From the NCBI GenBank assembly GCA_030248215.1, contig JASANG010000727.1, forward strand, positions 310,001 to 374,000: a stretch of 64,000 nt of DNA. The letters are read 5' to 3'. Source of the stretch: Enoplolaimus lenunculus. Lineage: Eukaryota. The notes beneath the pieces were generated by a model. That model saw nothing but the letters and a program-made list of their open reading frames with translations. It did not search any database and had not been told where the DNA came from. Each line of letters opens with the position of its first letter. The stretch's first letter is position 1. Positions 13,801 through 22,995 of the stretch are shown piece by piece. Both the position numbers and the translations under genes were made by a program.

Positions 13801-14205
13801 TCAGGATAGCAGACAATTCAAATTTTTTGAATCTCATAGCGGATAAACGGTCAGACAAAATGTTACCAGCTATAGTCATAGGGACAAAACGTGTTCCAAG
13901 CTGCCCCAGTTATAACGTGAACTCTGCATAAGCCTAAGCGTTGCGAAAATGAGTTACTAAGCCTAAGCCTAAGCAAAAAATGTAATCTTATAATATAAAC
14001 CTACTGTTTTAGAGACCAACCCGAAACATGGACGCCCCTTAAAGTAACACGGGTCAAATTATTTTAGAAATTATGCCTGTTTTTGAACGAAAGCGAGTCT
14101 CCTGAGCCGGTTGAATTAAAGATTGAACAGTTAATACAAGAAAACAAATTGTTTGACGGATGTAACTTAAAACTATGTTATGTTGAAGGCGCCTTACCGA
14201 AATAA
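1884..14205 (+). CDS. ZFAND1: AN1-type zinc finger protein 1; exons 1884-1941, 3809-3851, 5850-6050, 8079-8158, 9184-9380, 12995-13075, 14068-14205
   Basis: Phase-consistent GT-AG exons give MSEFPELGRNCTFEGCGKLDFLPVLCSNCNRVFCPNHH..HQC, a second AN1 finger (CEYC..CSDCNNMFCLKHRFPADHDC), then KVQLMRLKQHAVG..ERLY..WTVGRAID..NQNN..KLCL..LFDGCNLKLCY*. This matches the ZFAND1 layout of two AN1 fingers plus a ubiquitin-like C-terminus. Confidence 0.9.
4630..4701 (-). pseudogene. tRNA-derived (Pro-like) cassette in LTR, copy 1
   Basis: A box TGGCGCAGTGG, B box GTTCGATCC and a partly pairing acceptor stem, followed by TTTT. Anticodon and T stems are degenerate. Confidence 0.7.
4994..5065 (-). pseudogene. 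tRNA-derived (Pro-like) cassette in LTR, copy 2
   Basis: Identical to 4630-4701. Confidence 0.7.
8869..9067. mobile_element. Merlin-like MITE containing TTAGGC repeats. Many related copies, e.g. ~7724-8056, 21375-21550, 22427-22599, 52254-52464, 59964-60166, 62439-62719
   Basis: GGCCCATGTATA...TATACATGGGCC termini with perfect 8-bp TSD TATTAGCG. The 62.4-kb copy has TSD CTACAAGG. Internal (GCCTAA)n. Confidence 0.7.
9636..10078. mobile_element. Tc1/mariner-superfamily MITE. Other copies at ~3865-4281 and 53244-53671; partial copies at 9397, 11333, 15060-15420
   Basis: TIR CTGTA(G/T)TGACCCGAATAAGAGGGGG flanked by TA on both sides. Confidence 0.8.
11869..12618 (+). mobile_element. Probable solo LTR (750 bp, GC-rich)
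   Basis: GC-rich island bounded by 5-bp direct repeat TCCAG (11864-11868, 12619-12623). Termini CGTAG...CTAACA; internal AATAAA at 12291. Confidence 0.5.
12835..12920. repeat. (TTTG)n microsatellite
   Basis: Direct reading. Confidence 0.95.
13322..13928. mobile_element. PIF/Harbinger (Tourist-like) MITE nested in a TTAGGC MITE; second copy 54902-55557
   Basis: TIR TGCGG(C/G)GTTCACGTTATAAC..GGGCAG with TAA TSD in both copies. Confidence 0.75.
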
Positions 14206-14247
14206 AATTACAGTAATGTTTTTGTTTCGACTGCGGATAACAAAAAC

Positions 14248-15053
14248 ATACCAAAAAGCGAATAAAATTAAGAACTTGAAAAATATACCAAAAAGCGAAT
14301 AAAATTACGAACTTGAAAATATACCAAAAAGCGAATATAATTAAGAACTTGAAAAATATACCAAAAAGCGAATAAAATTAAGAATTTGAAAAATATACCA
14401 AAAAGCGAATAAAATTAAGAACTTGAAAAATATACCAAAAAGCGAACAAAATTAAGAACTTGAAAAATATACCAAAAAGCGAATAAAATTAAGAACTTGA
14501 AAAATATACCAAAAAGCGAATAAAATTAAGAACTTGAAAAATATACCAAAAAGCGAATAAAATTAAGAACTTGAAAAATATACCAAAAAGCGAATAAAAT
14601 TAAGAACTTGAAAAATATACCAAAAAGCGAATAAAATTAAGAACTTGAAAAATATAGCAAAAAGCGAATAAAATTAAGAACTTGAAAAATATACCAAAAA
14701 GCGAATAAAATTAAGAACTTGAAAAATATACCAAAAAGCGAATAAAATTAAGAACTTGAAAAATGTACCAAAAAGCGAATAAAATTAAGAACTTAAAAAT
14801 GTACCAAAAAACGAATAAAATTAAGAACTTGAAAAATACACCAAAAAGCGAATAAAATTAAGAACTTGAAAAATATACCAAAAAGCGAATAAAATTAAGA
14901 ACTTGAAAAATATACCAAAAAGCGAATAAAATTAAGAACTTGAAAAATATACCAAAAAGCGAATAAAATTAAGGACTTGAAAAATACACCAAAAAGCGAA
15001 TAAAATTAAGAAATTGAAAAATATACCAAAAAGCGAATAAAATTAAGAACTTG
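14248..15053. repeat. 37-bp tandem satellite, ~22 copies
   Basis: Unit TATACCAAAAAGCGAATAAAATTAAGAACTTGAAAAA; 37-bp period checked (14251 to 14288). Confidence 0.95.
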
Positions 15054-15980
15054 TTTGAGTCCCAATCAATAGGAGTCGGTATCCCTAATAAGAATCCGTA
15101 AGCGGATAGAGTCCCTAAATCTTAATTAGAGTCCATGAATGACTCCATGACCAAATAAAATTGAGTTCGAATCTTTAAGGTGTACTTAAATTTTGAAAGT
15201 ACATTCCTAAGTGTAACCTTGCATGATCACTCAAGCTACTGACGCAAGACAAATAAACATTTAATTCAACGGATAGTTGCAGCACCGGATATTTATCAGT
15301 AACGAAGGGTGGCGGAGCGTGGGTTAAAAATATAACAGTCCGCAACCGAATAACAAGGGGGGTAACCTCTGGAGAGACCAAATAAATATCAATCTCCCCC
15401 CCCTTATTGGGTCACTACAGTAATGCCGTGTTTAAAATTACACTGATGTCGCGTACAAACTTTCCAAACGTTTAACAACAGCCCCTATGGTAAAATCTCG
15501 AGCTCTCGACAAGTCGAATGGCAAAAGATTTTTTGTCCGATAAAATATTCAAAATTTAACATGAGATTAGGCAGTTGAGGGCAAACTAATAATATTAACA
15601 GGGTGTCCGCATAAATATCACAAGATAATTTTCAGAATTTTTAGAACCATTTTTCCGGTTTCCAATTTGTATAAAGAAAACCTTAACCTAATCTATGTTT
15701 TGTAAATAATTTTTCCGTTCATCAAAACGGATCAATATAAACAATTGAAGTTTTCTAACCTTTATTGTAGACTCGGAACGCACGGGTCGTGCAACTCCAT
15801 TTTCCATCTGCGGTACTGTGGCCTTCATAAATTGTTACTTACGTTCACAGCAGTTTCTTCTGTAGCTACTCGATCAATCTGTTGCTCCTGTGTTTTCGTT
15901 TCCATTTGTAAAGCTCGTTTCTTCGCTGTAGGTCAACTGATTTCTGCTCAGCTTGCTGTTTAATAAATGCTCACGCAAGT

Positions 15981-17351
15981 TTGGTGCAATCTTGCTTTTA
16001 TTTGCAATCTCCTTTTATTGTTCGAACTTTACATCTATATGGCGTCCCCTTTGAAGTTCCGGATAAAGCGCTACAGTCTTTCTTAGCTGCTCAAAATATT
16101 CAGTGCTTGCAACCTGGTCGTTTCATCAAGCATCGAGGAAGTGAATACATCTCAAGTGGTCGAAGTTTCTTAGTCCAGATCCGCCGCGACTATAAAATAC
16201 CTCCTCGGCTCGAATGGTGCGATCCTCATTTTAGGCGCGGATATATTATAATTCGGGCATGGTACCCGGGTATGGGTCGGTATTGCAAATCATGTTATAA
16301 ATTTGGACATGAACAATTAGATTGTGTTGATTTTCCTGCTTTGAACAACACTGAAGTGGACACGAACTCAGCTAAACAACAACAAGAAGAGCAAGAACCC
16401 AAACAACAGTCACAACAACAGCAGCAACAGAAACAACAAATACAACAACAACAATTACAACAACAACGGCAACAAATGAAAGCCGGGATAGACAATGATC
16501 GCAGCATGTTAAATACAAACAAGCAGTTTCTTGATATCAGTAACTTTATTATGGGGTTAATCAAAAATATTCAGTCCAGCATTAACAATGATATTATTGT
16601 GAGAGAACCATTAGCTTTAGTCATCAATGGAAAGCTGGATTTGACTAAACTGCCAGAATCCGGGAAATCTTTTCTCAATTTTTCTGCTTGGTATAGATAT
16701 TTGCATTTGAAACGATCGACGTCTCCGCCATTTCACCCTGAGGGTGAAGACGTTAAAACATTTTTTGATTCGAAACATCCAAGCAATTATCGTCTCTCGA
16801 ATTTCCATGTTGACAATCCAGTATCTGTTTGGGGCGAGTCTTTCTCATCTCCTGAAAAATTTGTCGCAGTGTGGAAGGCGAGATTCAGTGGTCGCAAAGA
16901 TATCGAAGAGAAGGTTTGGGGAACAGACGATCCTAAATCAATAAAATTTTTACATAGTCAGATAGTTTGGCCGGGTACAACGTTACATTATTTGTGTATC
17001 GTTTTCGAATTAATTTATACGATTTGTTTTGCACGAGCACAACAATGTGATGTGATTGGGCGCACACTATTGTCAACAGAGGGTCTATTGGTTGAGACTG
17101 TACCTGGGCCGGGGCCTTGGAGCTGCGGCCGTGGACAGTCTGATAATCGAGCTCAAAATAGAGTTACTTGGCGTCCTGGCAGTTTAAACTTAAATGGTGA
17201 CTGTCAGACTCTTGTGCGAGAACACATTATGTTACGAAAGGTGAGAACAGTAAGCACATCGTCTGATATATCCTCTCGCGTTACAGGTGTTAAGCGGTTG
17301 TATGAAGAGTCAGATGTGATTAGTGGCAAAAAGCCAAACATTGCAATGTGA
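15981..17351 (+). CDS. LINE ORF1p: RRM-like region, CCHC knuckle, poly-Q linker, C-terminal NADAR/YbiA-like domain (frame open from 15912; true start uncertain)
   Basis: LHLYGVPFEVPDKALQSFL and WYPGMGRYCKSCYKFGHEQLDC (16284-16325) are typical of L1/Tx1 ORF1. Poly-Q at 16376-16473. NADAR motifs LSNF, FSSPEKF..KA, DP..IK.L, LLST..LVE, WSCG, W.PG.LNLNG..VRE at 16752-17231. Confidence 0.85.
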   Translation: MVQSCFYLQSPFIVRTLHLYGVPFEVPDKALQSFLAAQNIQCLQPGRFIKHRGSEYISSGRSFLVQIRRDYKIPPRLEWCDPHFRRGYIIIRAWYPGMGRYCKSCYKFGHEQLDCVDFPALNNTEVDTNSAKQQQEEQEPKQQSQQQQQQKQQIQQQQLQQQRQQMKAGIDNDRSMLNTNKQFLDISNFIMGLIKNIQSSINNDIIVREPLALVINGKLDLTKLPESGKSFLNFSAWYRYLHLKRSTSPPFHPEGEDVKTFFDSKHPSNYRLSNFHVDNPVSVWGESFSSPEKFVAVWKARFSGRKDIEEKVWGTDDPKSIKFLHSQIVWPGTTLHYLCIVFELIYTICFARAQQCDVIGRTLLSTEGLLVETVPGPGPWSCGRGQSDNRAQNRVTWRPGSLNLNGDCQTLVREHIMLRKVRTVSTSSDISSRVTGVKRLYEESDVISGKKPNIAM

Positions 17352-17405
17352 ACGTGCATTTTTTTTTGTTTTACATGCCTTAAATTGATATGAAAGAGAG
17401 TCAAT

Positions 17406-20400
17406 ATGGATCTGCCAAATTTCTTTTCTTTTTCCAGTTTAAATTGCAGATCCATTAAGCATTTTCGAAAAGTGTCGATAGTTTTTGAAAGGATAAAAGA
17501 TTTGGATTTGATTTGTCTGCAAGAGACACATTTTAAAAACAATTGGGATGCAGAGATTTTTGATAGAATTTTCTCACGCAATTTTAAAATATTTCACAGT
17601 TTCGCAAGCGAGGAGAATAGTAAAACAGGGGTAACGGTCCTTATAAATAGGACAGCTCCTGTTGGTCAAATTGAAAACATTTTTAATATTCAGGGTAGGG
17701 CGGTCACGATTGCTTTTAGTATTGGCTCTCTTTCTTTTTTCTTAATTGGTATTTATGCTCCCGCGAACGGCGAGCAGCGAGTAGTTTTTTTCAACCAGCT
17801 GATGCAACAAGTGCAAAATTCGTTTTGGTTTGAATATAAATGTGTTATTATGTTGGGTGATTTTAACTTAGTTGAGGACCCGGTTTTGGACCGATCACGG
17901 CCGTCATATGATCAGCAGAAAGGCCTGAGAGAGCTTTATTGTTTGAAGGAACTGTTGGTGATATCTGATGTTTTTAGGGAGACGCATCCAAATAAAAACG
18001 ACTTTTTTACTTTTCTTTCAGACATTCATGGAAGTCAGTCTCGTATAGATCGGATTTATATGCCGGCTTTTTTACAACCGGGCGCTTTGTGTACCGCTCG
18101 TGCAGTGAACAAGACAGATCATAGGTTGTTTAGAGTTAAGATTCGCTTACCTAATTTAAAGAGAGGTAAAGGATACTATAAGATGAATACAATGCTTTTG
18201 GGTGAAGTCGGCGTACAGACCTTTGTTTTAACGCGGCTCAAACATTTAATGAACATTTCCACAGGGTTTTCTATGATGTGGGAAGTATTTAAGGCTGATG
18301 TTAAAACCTTCTTTGTAAAGTTGGGTAAAAATAAAGCTAAGGAACGCGACATGTTGAGGAAATCATTAGAGAGCCAAGTTATTAATGTACAAATGCTGAT
18401 AGGACAGTATCCAAACAATCCGAATCTCAGATCGGGTCTTAAAAAGCTAAAAAATGAAATCGAATTATTGAATGCATTTTATATTGCTTCTTGCAGGCAT
18501 AATACGTACTACGGTAGTGAGGTAAATGACAACGCCTCTTTAGCAACAGTCAAGTCTCTTCAACGTAAGAACTGGGAAGCCAGGCATATAAGCTCGATCG
18601 AAAGGTCTGATGGCACGTTAGTAACAGACTCAGATGCAGTTCTAGGTGAAATTACTGAGCAGTATTCCAACGTATTCAGATCGGAAGGGATAAGCGGAGA
18701 AGTTCTCAATTTTTTTCTGGCACAAAATGGTCTTTCCAAGTTGAGTGAGGTGGAAAACATACTTTAGAGGGACCCATTACGTCAGTTGAAATAGCGAGCG
18801 CTATTAAATCTATGCAGGGTAAAAAGACGCCGGGATACGATGGTATTCCTGTTGAATTCTATTGGCTGTTTTGTGGAATATTATCTGAATTTTTGTGTAA
18901 AATGTATAACGCGTTCTTGGATGATCTTAGGCTCAATTCCTCCGCATATGATGGTGTTATTACCCTATTATATAAAGGGAATGGAAGGAAAACGTGTCGC
19001 GATAATTGGCGGCCAATTACGTTGCTGAATATAGATTATAAGATTTTTACGAAAGTTTTGGCAAAAAGATTAGAATCGGTCATGAAATCTTTAGTCCACC
19101 CGGATCAGACAAGCTCGGTTCCCGACAGAATTATCCAAGACAGTGTTGCACATGTCATGTCTGTTATTCATTATGCCAATGAAAGCAACGCAAAGGCGTT
19201 GCTGCTATCAGTTGATCACAAAGCCGCTTTTGATTTGGTGGAGTGGTCATTTATTTTTGAGACACTTAGGGTCATGAATTTTGGCGAAAACTTTTTAAAC
19301 ATGATCAAATGTATTTAAACACCCGGATGTACAAGATCATCTGTTATAGTTAATGGTTTTAAGTCAGAATTTTTTCATGTTTTCCGTGGAATTCGACAAG
19401 GGTGTCCCTTATCGCCGTCATTATTTGTCATAACAGCGGAAGTGGTAGCTCATTATCTTCGAATAACTTCAAGAATTTCGGGGATACCACTATATGGCAT
19501 TAACACCCGAGTGACTAAGTTTGCCGACGACACTAATATTTTTCTAAGTAGGATTTCAGATATAAGTGTGGTTTTTGATGTTTTTGAAAAATTTCAAAAG
19601 GCCTCTGGCAGCCGACTAAAGGAAACTAAAACACAGATACTATTAATGGGCGATCTAAGGAACGCACTTGTACCCCATCAATATGCACGCTTTATTGTTG
19701 AAAGAGTGAAAATTTATGGCCTTTGGTTTGATTCAAAGGGACTCGATGTTCCTGAAAATTGGATAAAGTGCTATGAAGCAATTGCAAGTCTTGAACAGCG
19801 AATACCGCCCCGAGGTATCTCTGTTTTTGGAAAAATCCATCTTGTTCACATTTATTTTTTGTGTATGTTTAATTACTTGATAAAATTAGTAACACCCCCT
19901 GAGCAACTAGTGAAGGAAACTATCAATGTGGTTTATAAGTGGTTGTGGTACCCGTCTACCGCTAGTATTATTAGAAGGGATATCCTGTTTTTACAACCTA
20001 GTCACGGCGGGATAAATTTCCCAAATATTTTTGTCAGACTGAAAGTGAATCGTTTAATGTTTTATATTCGAATATTAAGAGGTACCGAAGTTGTGAGTTG
20101 GAAGAGATGTTTCGAACATTTCTTTCGGCAAGTTCAGTTTTCGACTAAACGTCAACTGAGACGCATTGATGTACCGGAGTTATATAAAGAGATACGGATT
20201 GCAATGATTGAGTCATCTTTTAAAATGGATGGAAATTTTTGTTGGTTTTTTGGCGAAAAGTTATCCTTAAAAACAGTGTCGGCAAATAAATTGTATAAAA
20301 TGTGGATACACGCTGTGTATAAGGTACTCATGCATCCTAAACATGTTTTTTGGCGAGACGAGCTAGGAGTTGAACCTATTTTTGTCGAGCGATCATGGAT

Positions 20401-20938
20401 ATGGGCAAAAGCGAAATATGTTGACGGCTCTGCGCGAGACGTCCATTTTAGGTTAAGACACAAGTCATTGTATACTAATCACCGCACTAGTCATTTTACA
20501 GATGGGACAAATATATGTTCGTTTTGTTATTTGGATGGAATCGAAGTGCGGGAGGATAATGTTCATGTGTTTATTTATTGTTTGCGGGCGCAAGAAATTA
20601 GTTTTTTCATTACTCCCGTTTTGCAACAGGTAGCTGGAGTAAATGAAATAACGATTTCGGATTTAATTTTGGGACGAAATATTCACGACCCATTAAAGAG
20701 AATAGCTTTTAATTTCATCGTCCAACATGCACAATTGGCAATATGGAGTGCTCGATGTAAACTCGAGTTTAACAATGAAAATGTCTGTGTTGTTGATGTT
20801 TTTCAGGAAAATGTTTATAGAAATTTGTGCAAACTTAAGCTGTATCTAAAAGAATGTTTTTTTAAGGTTTTTGGAACAATAACCCGACAGAATGATAGCA
20901 TGCTGGGTTTTCGAATGTCTTTTTCTCAGCGTACCTGA
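17406..20938 (+). pseudogene. LINE ORF2p (APE endonuclease + reverse transcriptase + C-terminal Cys/His finger) with one frameshift (~18764) and one in-frame stop (19316-19318)
   Basis: EN motifs: SLNCRS, LQETH, IYAP, GDFN, SRIDRIY, TDH. RT motifs: KTPGYDG, WRPITLLN.DYK, DHKAAFD, GIRQGCPLSP (read through the stop), FADD. C-terminal CSFC..EDNVHVFIYC. Confidence 0.95.
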
Positions 20939-22995
20939 TTTGTAGTTTGTTTTGAAACTAGGTTTCTTGTGTGCTTTTTAACATATTTGCTCTGAATAAT
21001 ATCCTTGCAAGCAGAGTAGAATAATGGGTAATTTTCAAGGACCTTTGTTATGTTATGATAATATGTTGTTGCCTTCTTTGGTTTATATAATTGCTTTCGT
21101 TGATGTAAATGTGGTTTATCCTTTTAATAAAACCCGGGGTGTTCGGCAAACGAGCGCTTCGGACTTAAACTTTATCGTAAACAATACTTAGACCCACAAG
21201 AGATTCTTTCGAGAGGTTTAACCACGCCTTCATTAATGGAAAAACCACTTTCCACCGTTGCATTGCCGTGTGACATGAAACACTTTCATGATAACTGACG
21301 AAAGTTTAGTAAATTCTTCTATTTGCTTGAAACCGGAACACAGTCGATCTTACTTTGCATTTGTTTATAATACTGGCCCATGTATAGAACAGGGTTGGAT
21401 CGTTTTCCAAAGGGGCTATAATAGAGTCAGTTTAACCTTTCGACTAATTTTTTGCTTAGGCGTAGGCTTCGGAATGGCTCATCCGTACGTTTACGCTTAG
21501 GTTTAGGAATATGCTTATACTGCTGCTCTGGCCCTGTTCTATACATGGCCATAATTCTTAAGGAGACGTTGATTTTACCCGCAGATTGGATCATGTTCCC
21601 AAACTGCTGGAGCGCTTTATCCGCGGGACTACACTGTAAATCTCAGTGAGTTGATGTTAGCTCAGAATGAATTGAATCACTCAGTCTGAGTTAGGACTTC
21701 GAACTCAGAATTCTGAGTCAATAAAACTCACTCCGAGTTAATTATTCAACTCACCCGGAATCAACTAAACTCAGAGTGAGAATCAACTCAACTTCCAACA
21801 AGTTTAGCAATTTTGTAGAGTAGAACTGTTGGCTTCGTCCAAAACAGCTTGCTTGACAAACCGACTTAACAGCATTTTGAGGAGGTTATGTAAACTCTTC
21901 GTACAGCATAGACGTTGTTAAAAGTTGTTTGGTTTTGCGTTAATTTTCTGCAAAATTTCGGAAATTCTTTCCTGAAAATTGTGACAAAAGTAAAACGAAA
22001 CTCGCTAGAGATAAATTTTGCAATACTATGCAAAATCTTACCACCGAAATTGCCGTAACTGTCGGCAAAAATTCTAGCGCATGAGAGAGACCGAATTTCT
22101 GCCGGAGCCGGACGCAGGACTCCGGTTGTACCTGCTTATTATGGCGAGGCCCCAACTATAAGGATCGTGAAATTTTTATAAACCGAGTTCTGCAACAATA
22201 TTTCCAGTATATACAGGATACATTAATATCGCAAAAGAGTGAGCGAGATGACCAGAATTATCCACACCTTTTATGACCTGCCTAAAACAGAAACTCGTTG
22301 AATCAAACACCTTTGCTTGTAGATTCGACAGTTTATTCAATTGTTTTATTGTACATAAATTATATAACTTACTGAAATCACAATGACATTTTGTTATATT
22401 TTTGATAGGTACATTTTTCACTAGCGGGCCCGTGTTACTTTAAGGGGCGTTCAGGTTTCTGGTGGGTCCATAAAAGAGTAGATTTAGATCTTAGATTACA
22501 TTTTTTTTGCTTAGGCTTAGACTTAGGAAAACATTTTTGCAACGCTTAGGCTTTAGGAATACGCTTAATCTGTTGCGCCCCTAAAAGTATACATTGGCCC
22601 AAATCACAATGACATTTTGTAACATTTTTGATAGGTATATTTTTCACTGTGGTTCAGAGTGCAACTGGAGGTAAAAACCTGAGCTGAAGCTCAACAAATT
22701 CTGCCGGAGACGTGCGGAGGTGAAACAGAATTAGGTAACAAAATTATGTGGAATTTGCAAACTGCAACATTCGTTTGTTAGTATATATTCTCAATTTGTC
22801 ATAAGCTTCTTTTTGCCAAATTACTGCAATTGCCTTATAGTTTAGAAACACACTCATTGAATAGCGCAATATTCCGTCACTGAAAGCAGACATGCTATCC
22901 AATAGTCTTATAGGGACGAAACGTGTCCCAGGCTGCCCCGGTTATAACGTGAACCCCGCGTTAGAAGCAAACTCATTAAATAGCACAACATTCAG

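Larger units (their letters stand above)
15770..21132 (+). mobile_element. L1/Tx1-clade non-LTR retrotransposon, near full length (5' boundary approximate)
   Basis: ORF1 plus APE-RT ORF2, T-rich 3' UTR, and AATAAA at 21126-21131. Confidence 0.92.

Noticed and set aside
16295..16564. Cys-rich antisense ORF
   Set aside because: Shadow of the poly-Q (CAA) tract of ORF1.
21285..21350. Hammerhead-like CTGACGA...GAAAC...GTC just downstream of the LINE
   Set aside because: Stems I and III do not pair convincingly.
21585..21635. Candidate final ZFAND1 exon, which would place the LINE in an intron
   Set aside because: 14068-14205 supplies the complete conserved C-terminus and stop.
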